Below are positions 45,881 through 54,035 of a DNA stretch of 64,000 bases, piece after piece. Within the stretch, counting starts at the first letter, position 1; every line of letters starts with the position of its first letter. The position numbers and the translations under genes are program-made. The notes below the pieces were generated by a model. It worked only from the letters and a program-made list of their open reading frames with translations. It made no database searches and was not told where the DNA came from. The stretch comes from an uncultured Anaerolineales bacterium (lineage in GTDB: Bacteria; Chloroflexota; Anaerolineae; Anaerolineales; UBA11858), in assembly GCA_964560795.1 (NCBI GenBank), contig CAZLNX010000001.1, forward strand, positions 227-64,226. The letters are read 5' to 3'.

Positions 45881-47269
45881 CTAAACCAATCTGTCCAAAG
45901 GAAGTCCGAGGTCGATCAGTTCTTGGCGAACTTCGTCGTACATGCCCTGCCATTCAGGCGTCGGCTCGACGTTATCGATGTCGTAGACCTCTTCGAAAGG
46001 CTTGCCGATGGGCTTCTTGTCCAGGTCATCCACGTAGAGCGGGATGATCTGCTTGACGATCTCGTCCGCTTCGGCACGGCTCATGCCGCGCACGGCTCGG
46101 GTGACCTCGCCACAGATCTTGGAGTCCAGACCGCTGGCGTGGCGGGGGATGCTGCCACCGGAAGCCGAGTGGCAGGAGGTCATCAGTGATTGACCGGAAA
46201 CGGTGGTCGCAGCGACGAAAGCCGCGTTCTCGTATAACATGGTCTTGGTGCCAGGCCCGCCAGCGGGACCTACCAGGGTATCCACCAACATGTTGGTATT
46301 GCGGGTCAGCCCTTGCACGCCCAGGGCAATTGCCCAGATCATCTCGGGGGTGGTGTCGCAGTTGTAGAAGGGATGATTGGGGCGGGTGTTATACGTATGC
46401 CCAGGATGACATTGGTTGAGCAGGATCAGGCCGCCAACTACAGCGATGGCAATGCCTTCACCGCCGCCCACGTACCCACCATAGATGGGGTTGTAATAGG
46501 CCTCGAGCAGGGTTCCCGTGCGCACAGAGTGGGTGACAATGGAGAGCATATCGTAGTTGGTCTTCAGCTCGCTCATGATGGGCGCGTGCAACCAATCGGT
46601 AGTACGATAACCACCATAGGATACGCCCGAAAGGCCGCCTAAAGCTGTGGCGGACAGTTCGACGCAACCCAGGCACATGCCGGGGCGTCCTGCAATTTCG
46701 GCTGCCTGAAGGGCCAGTTCGGCCTCGCGGCGAGCAGCCAGCACTTCCCAGGGTGAGCCGGCCTTGACCGGGTGCCCGTAGACAGACTCCAGCGAGGGGT
46801 TGTCGATAACGTCGATGACACCCTCTTTGAGATAGCTGAGGCTCATGGGGATGTACATGTACTCGGGAACAGGCACACCATAGGCCCCACCGGCCACCAC
46901 TACCCGCTCATCATCATCGGGCACGCGCGCCTTGCACACCACGGCGTCCGCCCCTGCCCCCATGACGATCTCCGATGGCACGTGGCGCAGCCCCTCCAGC
47001 AGTTCTTCTTTTGTCCAGACAATGCGGCGGCTGGTGTTCTGGCAGAACATACCTGCCTCTGTCGCCAGATCCAGGCCAGCCTGGAAGACGCGGTCGGCCA
47101 GGTCATCATCGCTGTTAACAATCACGGATTCGTCAAACTTGATATCGTAATCTTCGATCAGCTTTTTTACAGTGGGCGCGATCAATTTGCGCTCAAAGTC
47201 TTCCTCCTCCATGATCGGTCCTGTTTCCGCCCGGTGAAGAACCTCAACAATTCTTGCTCGGTGTCCCAT
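45881..47269 (-). CDS. MttB-superfamily methyltransferase paralog 6 (subfamily A)
   Basis: 462 aa. Blocks RAETGPIMEEEDFE, DDDLADRVFQAG, GPGTKTMLYE, SGLDSKICGEVTRA. Confidence 0.85.
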   Translation of the reverse strand: MGHRARIVEVLHRAETGPIMEEEDFERKLIAPTVKKLIEDYDIKFDESVIVNSDDDLADRVFQAGLDLATEAGMFCQNTSRRIVWTKEELLEGLRHVPSEIVMGAGADAVVCKARVPDDDERVVVAGGAYGVPVPEYMYIPMSLSYLKEGVIDVIDNPSLESVYGHPVKAGSPWEVLAARREAELALQAAEIAGRPGMCLGCVELSATALGGLSGVSYGGYRTTDWLHAPIMSELKTNYDMLSIVTHSVRTGTLLEAYYNPIYGGYVGGGEGIAIAVVGGLILLNQCHPGHTYNTRPNHPFYNCDTTPEMIWAIALGVQGLTRNTNMLVDTLVGPAGGPGTKTMLYENAAFVAATTVSGQSLMTSCHSASGGSIPRHASGLDSKICGEVTRAVRGMSRAEADEIVKQIIPLYVDDLDKKPIGKPFEEVYDIDNVEPTPEWQGMYDEVRQELIDLGLPLDRLV

Positions 47270-47326
47270 GACAAACTCTCCTTTCCAAATATTGGTTTTG
47301 GTCTTCTACTTCCTCTTAATGGCAAT

Positions 47327-48721
47327 TCAATCAAGTGGGATTCCTAATTCAATCATCTCTTGCCGCGCAACCTCATACACCGCTTGCCACTCGGCCGTCG
47401 GCTCGAGCGTTTCAAGGTCAAAGCACTCGTCAAAGGGTTGTCCTTTTTTGAGCAGATTTTGTTCATCCTTGAACATGCCGATCAGCTTGTTGACGATTGG
47501 GTGAGCCTCGGCGCGTCTCATACCGCTGGCAGCATGCGCTACTTCGGCGGCGAAACGGGCTTCGAGCGGCGAGCAGTGCCCTTCAAATCGGCCGGTGGCG
47601 GTCTGCACACCCTGTCCCAACCACACGCCAGATGTGACCGTGGCCAGTTGGTAGGCGGCAATTTCGTACAGCATGTCTATCTCTGTCGGGCCCGCAGCCG
47701 GGCGAGTAAAGTTGGCGATGCAAATATTGGAATTGCGCGAGAGCGCCTGCATAGCTACGGCTTGAGAGACGATAAGCGGGGGGAAGGTATTGAAACTGTG
47801 ATGTGCGTGACTGATGCCTGTATTGAAATAATCGCCAAAAAGCGTGGCCTTCATCAAGATGAAACCAGCCACGGTGGCGATGGCCGTACCTTCAACACCC
47901 CCAGCGAAACCACCAAAGATGGGGTTGTAGAAATTATGCACAAACGAATTGGTTTCAATAAAATGAGAGGTGCGGATAAGGTCTTCATAGGGCACTTTTA
48001 GCTCGCTCATAAACGAGGCGTTCTGCACATCAGTCCGGCGCATGCCCCCATAAGATTGCACACTGACAGTGCCGATTGCGGAAGCAGAAGTGTTCGGTGC
48101 ACAAACCGCCATCCCTGGGCGCCCGACATCTTCAATGGCCTGCATGGTCATGCGGACCTCATGCCAACAGCCAGCGGTATCCCAGGGTGATCCAGCCCGC
48201 ACCGGTCTACCGTGGACAGTCTTGAGCGCACCGGTGGTGAAATAGTTAAAAAGCGGTTCCTTGACATAGGCCTTGTTCAGGCGCAAGAAGTACTCCTCGG
48301 GGATCACCACCCCCCATGGCCCGCCGCCAAAAGGCACTTTTCCTGAAGAATCCGGGGTGCGTTTGTTAATCACAAAAGCATCTTCACCTGTCCCGGCAGT
48401 TAACGTATCAGGTATCCGGTCGAGCACGCCCTGGATTTCCTCTTCCGTCCAGATCATTCGGCGGCCGGTATCCGTGCAGTACACACCAGCATCCACGCAA
48501 AGCTGGATGGCAGCGGCAAACAAGCGGTCCGCCAGGTCATCATCATCTGGCACGCCTGGCTCGGCAACTGGAAAGCTTAGATCATATTTTTCAACCAACT
48601 CTTTGATCTTGGCATAGATATAGACGTTGTCCCATTCCTTAAGATCGATCATGGGGCCATTCTCGGCCTTGTCGAGTACAGCTAGGAACTCTTCGTGCGG
48701 AACTTTGGGCTCAAACGGCAT
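47327..48721 (-). CDS. MttB-superfamily methyltransferase paralog 7 (subfamily B)
   Basis: Start trimmed from 48757 to ATG 48721 (MPFEPKV), preceded by AAGGAG. This removes the overlap with paralog 8. Blocks KAENGPMIDLKEWD, SFMSELKVPY, SPLEARFAAEVAHA. Confidence 0.85.
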   Translation of the reverse strand: MPFEPKVPHEEFLAVLDKAENGPMIDLKEWDNVYIYAKIKELVEKYDLSFPVAEPGVPDDDDLADRLFAAAIQLCVDAGVYCTDTGRRMIWTEEEIQGVLDRIPDTLTAGTGEDAFVINKRTPDSSGKVPFGGGPWGVVIPEEYFLRLNKAYVKEPLFNYFTTGALKTVHGRPVRAGSPWDTAGCWHEVRMTMQAIEDVGRPGMAVCAPNTSASAIGTVSVQSYGGMRRTDVQNASFMSELKVPYEDLIRTSHFIETNSFVHNFYNPIFGGFAGGVEGTAIATVAGFILMKATLFGDYFNTGISHAHHSFNTFPPLIVSQAVAMQALSRNSNICIANFTRPAAGPTEIDMLYEIAAYQLATVTSGVWLGQGVQTATGRFEGHCSPLEARFAAEVAHAASGMRRAEAHPIVNKLIGMFKDEQNLLKKGQPFDECFDLETLEPTAEWQAVYEVARQEMIELGIPLD

Positions 48722-48734
48722 ACTTGTATCTCCT

Positions 48735-50126
48735 TTAATTCTGTCCAAATTGATCAAGCGGCATCCCCATGGCGATCAACTCACCCCTGACCTCATCGTA
48801 GATTCCCTGCCATTCGGCAGTCGGCTCCACGGTTTCAATATCGTAAACTTGTTCAAAGGGTTTTCCGATGGGTTTTTTCTCTAAATCAGATTGATAGAGT
48901 GGCACGATTTGAGTGAGCAGCTCGTTGGCATGTTCACGCGTCAACCCTGGCATCGTTCGAGCAACCTCGGCACAAATCCGGGCATCAAGACCGCTGCCAT
49001 GACGCGGTACAGCCCCTCCAGCAGAGTGGCTAGCCAGCAGTTCAGACACCCCTGAAGCCATTGACATCAATGCGAATGCAGCGTTTTCATAGACAATGGT
49101 CTTGGTTCCTGGCCCACCAGCTGGACCAGCCAGCGTAGCGATCATCAGATCACTATTGCGGGTTAATGCCTGTACGCCCAGGCTTGTGGCCCACAAGATT
49201 TCCGGTGTGGTGTCGCAGCCATAAAATGGATGGGTAGGACGAGTGCAAAAAGTATGGCCAATAGAAATCTGATTGAGTAAGATCATCCCCGCCGCCACGG
49301 CAATTGCAGTGCCTTCGGCCCCTCCAACATGGCCTCCATAGATTGGGTTGTAATAAGCCCCGATAAATCCATTCAAATTATGGATGTGAGTAATGATGGC
49401 CAGCAAATCGTTGTTGGTTTTGAATTCACTGGTGGTTGCAACATGGTGGCGGTCAAAGGTGCGATAGCCACCCCAGGTAACCCCGGCCAATCCGCCCAGC
49501 GCCGTCGGAGCCAATTCGACAGCGGAAAATGGGGTTCCCATCTTTCCAACAAGGGATAGTGCTTCCTGGGCCAATTCGGCTTTCCTCCAGGCCCCTAATA
49601 CTTCCCAACCTGTACCAGCCTTTATGGGATAGCCATAGGCCGTTTCAAGAGAAACGCTATCAATAGAATCAAAAATTCCCTGCTTGAGAAAACTCAATGT
49701 CAGGGGAAGATGCAAATCTTCTGGGAAAGGTATACCAACTACGCCTCCCAGGAGCGCAACGCGCTGTGAATCCTCGGGCATGCGGGCAACAACAGTGAAC
49801 TGTTCGTCCCTCTCTCCTAGTGAGGCCTGATTATGGCAAGTTTGTATGGCTTCTTCAATTTCATCACGAGTCCAGGTGATGCGACGGCTGGTGCTCTGAT
49901 TGAACATCCCAACTTCACTGGCAAAATCTACTCCGGCTTGGAACACCCGATCAGCAAGATCGTCGTCGGAATTGACATAGGATTCACCCGTATACTGAAT
50001 ATCGTATTTTTCGACCAGACGTTTGATCGTTGGTCCCACCAGCTTACGCTCAAAATCGACCTCGTCCATGATAGGCCCAGACTCAGAGCGCTCGAGGACT
50101 TCGAAAAGCCTAGGATGCTGCTTCAT
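48735..50126 (-). CDS. MttB-superfamily methyltransferase paralog 8 (subfamily A)
   Basis: Start trimmed from 50279 to ATG 50126 (MKQHPRLFEVLERSESGP), preceded by AAGGAG and lying downstream of the corrinoid gene stop at 50152. Confidence 0.85.
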   Translation of the reverse strand: MKQHPRLFEVLERSESGPIMDEVDFERKLVGPTIKRLVEKYDIQYTGESYVNSDDDLADRVFQAGVDFASEVGMFNQSTSRRITWTRDEIEEAIQTCHNQASLGERDEQFTVVARMPEDSQRVALLGGVVGIPFPEDLHLPLTLSFLKQGIFDSIDSVSLETAYGYPIKAGTGWEVLGAWRKAELAQEALSLVGKMGTPFSAVELAPTALGGLAGVTWGGYRTFDRHHVATTSEFKTNNDLLAIITHIHNLNGFIGAYYNPIYGGHVGGAEGTAIAVAAGMILLNQISIGHTFCTRPTHPFYGCDTTPEILWATSLGVQALTRNSDLMIATLAGPAGGPGTKTIVYENAAFALMSMASGVSELLASHSAGGAVPRHGSGLDARICAEVARTMPGLTREHANELLTQIVPLYQSDLEKKPIGKPFEQVYDIETVEPTAEWQGIYDEVRGELIAMGMPLDQFGQN

Positions 50127-50151
50127 TGCTAGTCTCCTTTTATTGTTCCGA

Positions 50152-50829
50152 CTACGCAGGTCGATCCAGCAATGCCAGGCATTTCTCCACAGCTTCGACA
50201 GCATCCTTGCCAAAGGCATCGGCGCCAATTTCAGCGGTGTATTCGGCCGTGATCGGTGCTCCACCGACGATGACGACAAAATCGTTCTTTAGGCCAAAGC
50301 CATCCCGGAGTTCGACACATTCCTTCATGTAGGGCATCGAGGTGGTCATCAAGGATGATAAGCCGACAATATCAGCGCCCACTTCTTTGGCCTTATCAAG
50401 CATATCGCGCGGCGGCACATCAACACCCATATCGAAGACTTCGAAGCCGTTCACCCGCAGCATCAGCACGACCATGTTCTTGCCAATATCATGCAGATCA
50501 CCCTTGACTGAGCCGATAACGATCTTGCCCCGGATCACTTCTTGATCCGAATCGGAGGCCGCCAACATAGGCTGTACCACCTGATCGCTGATAGCCTGGG
50601 CGCGGTCTGCGGCATCCATCAATTCAGGCAAAAAGATCTCCATGCGACCAAATTTGTCACCGACTGCTGCCATAGCGGGAGTAAAGATCATATTGAAGAA
50701 ATCCGTGACACCGATATCACCAGCCAAAGTTTCTTTGGCCCAATCCAGACCGGCATCCGGTTCATCTCCTAATAACAATTCCATGAGTTCTTTCTGCAGT
50801 GCTTTAAAATCAGACATAGGGACCTCCAA
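50152..50829 (-). CDS. corrinoid (B12-binding) methyl-carrier protein 3
   Basis: 225 aa with GDLHDIGKNMV, SSLMTT and IVGGA. The start may instead be ATG 50817. Confidence 0.9.
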   Translation of the reverse strand: MEVPMSDFKALQKELMELLLGDEPDAGLDWAKETLAGDIGVTDFFNMIFTPAMAAVGDKFGRMEIFLPELMDAADRAQAISDQVVQPMLAASDSDQEVIRGKIVIGSVKGDLHDIGKNMVVLMLRVNGFEVFDMGVDVPPRDMLDKAKEVGADIVGLSSLMTTSMPYMKECVELRDGFGLKNDFVVIVGGAPITAEYTAEIGADAFGKDAVEAVEKCLALLDRPA

Positions 50830-50857
50830 GGCATATTCGCGGAATTAGTTGTCAGTC

Positions 50858-50871
50858 GTCAAACGTTTGAC
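50858..50871. promoter_or_regulatory. perfect 14-bp palindrome GTCAAACGTTTGAC (candidate GntR operator, site 2)
   Basis: Lies within AGTCGTCAAACGTTTGAC (50854-50871), identical to site 1. Sits 28 nt upstream of the corrinoid protein ORF. Confidence 0.7.
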
Positions 50872-50877
50872 GTTTAG

Positions 50878-50906
50878 AGATTAGCATATTTTTTCACAAA
50901 AGTCAA
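50878..50906 (-). promoter_or_regulatory. candidate promoter P2 (TTGACT-17-TAATCT)
   Basis: Coding strand reads ATTTGACT, 17 nt, TAATCT, 6 nt, then the palindrome. The geometry equals that of P1. Confidence 0.55.
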
Positions 50907-50933
50907 ATTTTCATAATTTTTTGAATTAAGGAT

Positions 50934-51039
50934 GTCATCCTGAGCGGAGCGAAGGATCTGAATCGTATTTTTTTGAGAGATTCTTCGCCCCTCGCCGTAG
51001 GCGGACCTTGCCGTAGGCACGTCTTAGACAGGCCATGAC
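50934..51039. repeat. R3 REP-like palindromic element, copy f
   Basis: GTCATCCTGAGCGGAGCGAAGGATCT ... AGATTCTTCGCC ... GGCCATGAC. The right half carries a direct duplication of GCCGTAGGC. Confidence 0.75.
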
Positions 51040-51067
51040 AGTTCAACTGGAAAACTTTCAAAATACG

Positions 51068-52441
51068 TTAACTAATCTGCAACCCCCACCCACCAACTTC
51101 TTCTTTGACTTTGTTGTAAATATCCATCCATTCAGGCTTCGGCTGCATATTCTCAAGGTCATAGGCCTCGGAGAAGGCAATCCCAACAGGTTTTTGATCC
51201 ATCACCGGTTGATATTGGGCGATGGCCTTTTGTACGATCTCGTCGGCCTGCTCCCGGCTCAGGCCCGCGGCGGCGTGAGCGACTTTTCCATTGAAGCGCG
51301 TCTCCAGCCCGGTGCAGTGGTTCTCGACCACCCCCACCCCAGAGCGCACGCCCAGGGCGCGCGAACCACCACAAACCGAGATTGTCATGGCCATAGCTAC
51401 ACACTCGTACAGCAGCGACTCGGTTCCAGGCCCACTGACCGGCGAGGTCATGAATTCAGACAGCAAATGCGAATTGCGTGATGTAGCCGCAGCCACCACG
51501 CTGATCGCCCGCATGATATCCGGGAAAGTGGAGTTAGCCAGGAAAGGATGTGTGGGGCACGACTCGACACTATCAGGCATGTAGATCAGATGCATGGCCA
51601 TCCAACCGGCAAGGATCAGGATCGCAACGCCTTCGGCGCCACCGCCCAGGCCGCCCATAATGGGGTTATAGAAACCCAGAATGACTCCCTCTTGACGCAG
51701 GCTGTGAGCCACTTTGTTCAGCAATTCATTATTGGTCTTCATCTCACTGATCAAAGCGACGATATGTGTATCCGTTGGTCGATAGCCGCCGCGGCTGATG
51801 GCCGAGAGATGCCCCAAATCGCTCATGGCCATCTCTACGCCCATGACCGACAACCCGGCTCGATCTGCACGCGCGGCAGCTTCCTGCACCAGGTCAACTT
51901 CCTGCCAGGAAGAGATCACTTCCAGGGGGGATTTGGCGCGCACTTTGCGGCCATAGCTGGTGGCTAGAGTTCCGGGGACGACAATATCTAAGATCGGCTC
52001 CTGAAAATAGGACTGCATGATGGGCACATACATATCTTCAGAAAGCGGCGTACCAATGGGACCACCACCCACCAAAGGGGGCTGCGGATCTTCGACCTGG
52101 CGTGGTCTGAATGCCCGAGCATCAACACCGTCTCCAATGGTGACCTGGGAAGGCGCAGCTTCCAGGGCAGCTTCAATTTCATCTTTGCTGAATTGGATCA
52201 CGCGCTGCGTGTCGGTATGGTAAACGCCACACTCCACCAGGAAATCCAGGGCGGCCTGCCAGACCCGATCGATCATATTGTCATCGCGCTGGAGTATGAG
52301 ATCTTTGTTGAAGGTGATCTCATACTCCTTGATCACGCGCGAAACGCCCGCGGACACAGATTTATCGAATTCCTTTTCGTCCACGATGGGGCCGGTGTAT
52401 ATTTTGTCGATTACGTCTAAAAGTCGCTGAATTTTATGCAT
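51068..52441 (-). CDS. MttB-superfamily methyltransferase paralog 9 (A-like, divergent)
   Basis: 457 aa. Blocks YTGPIVDEKEFD, GPGTESLLYE, TGLETRFNGKVAHA. Confidence 0.85.
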   Translation of the reverse strand: MHKIQRLLDVIDKIYTGPIVDEKEFDKSVSAGVSRVIKEYEITFNKDLILQRDDNMIDRVWQAALDFLVECGVYHTDTQRVIQFSKDEIEAALEAAPSQVTIGDGVDARAFRPRQVEDPQPPLVGGGPIGTPLSEDMYVPIMQSYFQEPILDIVVPGTLATSYGRKVRAKSPLEVISSWQEVDLVQEAAARADRAGLSVMGVEMAMSDLGHLSAISRGGYRPTDTHIVALISEMKTNNELLNKVAHSLRQEGVILGFYNPIMGGLGGGAEGVAILILAGWMAMHLIYMPDSVESCPTHPFLANSTFPDIMRAISVVAAATSRNSHLLSEFMTSPVSGPGTESLLYECVAMAMTISVCGGSRALGVRSGVGVVENHCTGLETRFNGKVAHAAAGLSREQADEIVQKAIAQYQPVMDQKPVGIAFSEAYDLENMQPKPEWMDIYNKVKEEVGGWGLQIS

Positions 52442-52471
52442 TATTGAGCCTCGAAAATCTCATTACTAATT

Positions 52472-52583
52472 GTCACTCTGAGCTTCATCCGGAGCAAAGT
52501 CGAAGGAAAAGCGAAGAGTCTCCCGCCCTCCGGGCGGAGATTCTTCACTTCGTTCACGTCAAAGGCGGGCCTATAGCCATGAC
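52472..52583. repeat. R3 REP-like palindromic element, copy g
   Basis: GTCACTCTGAGC ... GCGAAGAGTCTCCCGCCCTCCGGGCGGAGATTCTTCAC ... GCCATGAC. Confidence 0.7.
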
Positions 52584-52593
52584 AATACACTAA

Positions 52594-53226
52594 TTACACA
52601 GCCACCCACTCCTTCGCCAAACGCACGGCGCTCATGGCATCGGGACCCCAGGCATCGGCGTTGGCGTATTCGCAAGCGTAATCATCGACCTGACCGCCGC
52701 CGATCATCACTTTGACTTTCTCATCTAGTCCAGCTTCCCCCATTGCTTCCACAGTCGCTTTCATGGGGTCATAGGCCAGGGTCAAGAAACCGCTCAAAGC
52801 CAGGATCGAAGCGCCAGTCTCTTTTATTTTTTCCACAAATACGCCTGGGGGCACGTCCACACCTAAATCGAAAACTTCAAACCCATTGATATCCAGCATG
52901 AAGACCACGATATCTTTGGCGATATCGTGGATATCCCCCTGCACCGTGCCGATGACCACATTGCCGATTCGTTCCTGTTGGGATCCAGATGTCATCTTGG
53001 GTTTGACCAATTCAGAGATCGTCTTCAAGATCTCACCGGCCATCATCAGTTCAGGCAAGAAAGCTTCTTCACGCTCAAAGCGCCCCCCGATGATGGTCAT
53101 AGCTTCACGGCAGTCGCTGAGGATATCTAAGGGATCGACTCCCTCATCGAGCAACTGCGTTGTAATTTGTGCGGCCTCCCCTTCGGCCATATTTACGATT
53201 GCATTAACGAGTTCATTGTTGGGCAT
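52594..53226 (-). CDS. corrinoid (B12-binding) methyl-carrier protein 4 (DxHxxA variant)
   Basis: 210 aa. The B12 loop reads GDIHDIAKDIV, with Ala where the other three copies have Gly. Also LSGFLT and MIGGG. Confidence 0.85.
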   Translation of the reverse strand: MPNNELVNAIVNMAEGEAAQITTQLLDEGVDPLDILSDCREAMTIIGGRFEREEAFLPELMMAGEILKTISELVKPKMTSGSQQERIGNVVIGTVQGDIHDIAKDIVVFMLDINGFEVFDLGVDVPPGVFVEKIKETGASILALSGFLTLAYDPMKATVEAMGEAGLDEKVKVMIGGGQVDDYACEYANADAWGPDAMSAVRLAKEWVAV

Positions 53227-53289
53227 AATACTCTACTTTCAATGGATTCTTGCTACCTGCATTTTGTATGGGAGTTGATCCTTTTCTCA

Positions 53290-53392
53290 ATCACGAATTA
53301 GAGCGAATGTCCCGAATTACACGAATATTTAGTGATAATTTGTAAAAATTATTGTATTCGTGCAATTCGTAGTATTCGGATTCATTCGTGAT
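53290..53392. repeat. R1 palindromic element, copy b
   Basis: CGAAT words at 53294, 53304, 53313 and 53322 are mirrored exactly by ATTCG words at 53356, 53365, 53374 and 53384. Outer arms are ATCACGAAT and ATTCGTGAT. Confidence 0.85.
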
Positions 53393-53412
53393 AAGGATCT
53401 TAGCTGTTCGTG

Positions 53413-53823
53413 TTATGTCGAAATCAGATAGATCGCCACCACAGACAGGCCAATCCCAATACCCTGCCTTGGGGTCACGACCTCATTGAGAAAGATCATT
53501 CCCATCAGGATGGCGAGCATAGGGTACAGCGCGGATATTGGCGCGACCAACGTCAAAGGTCCTTTGGAAACGGCAATCAGGTATGCAAACGCACCCAAGA
53601 ATCCAAATACGCCAACCGCCAAACCATAAGAAAACCCTGGGATATTAAATTGCACTTTGAATTTCATGGATATCAGCACTCCCAATCCAACCAGTATCCC
53701 TCCCAAAACCTGGTAGATCATGGCGCTGTTGTAATCGATATAGCGAGTGGCAATTTTGGGAAGGAATGCCCAAAAACCCCAGGCAAGTAGAGTCAGGATC
53801 GTAGGTACGAGCCAATCTTTCAT
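53413..53823 (-). CDS. small EamA/DMT-type membrane protein (single EamA domain)
   Basis: 136 aa with 4-5 TM helices and an EamA-like pattern (LAWGFWAFLPK, PISALYPMLAILMGMIFLNE). Confidence 0.65.
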   Translation of the reverse strand: MKDWLVPTILTLLAWGFWAFLPKIATRYIDYNSAMIYQVLGGILVGLGVLISMKFKVQFNIPGFSYGLAVGVFGFLGAFAYLIAVSKGPLTLVAPISALYPMLAILMGMIFLNEVVTPRQGIGIGLSVVAIYLIST

Positions 53824-53880
53824 GGCGGTTTCCAGCCTCCCAAGGATTAGCAGATTCTAGTTACAAGGATTTTTTTGACT

Positions 53881-53974
53881 GTAATTCTGAGCCGCCAGGG
53901 GCGCGCCTGCGGCGAGCGAAGAATCTGAGATGCTGCTAACCTAGATTCTTCGCCCCAATGGGGCTCAGAATGAC
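53881..53974. repeat. R3 REP-like palindromic element, copy h
   Basis: GTAATTCTGAGCC ... GAGCGAAGAATCT - loop - AGATTCTTCGCCCCAATGGGGCTCAGAATGAC. Confidence 0.8.
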
Positions 53975-54035
53975 AATTGTATTGAAGAAATTTGAACATC
54001 AGGCTAGCCAATTCGTTTTGGTTTTGAATTTTGAA

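Noticed and set aside
26941-53412. Cobalamin riboswitch in the leaders of the corrinoid protein genes
   Set aside because: I looked for a B12-box-like core on the coding strand of the four leaders and did not find one. This is a by-eye negative only. A covariance-model scan would be needed to exclude it.
34081-53974. Autonomous mobile elements (IS, transposon, prophage) associated with the R1, R2 and R3 repeats
   Set aside because: I recognised no transposase, integrase, recombinase or phage gene anywhere in the window. The repeats are 74-117 nt and non-coding, so at most they are REP/MITE-like.
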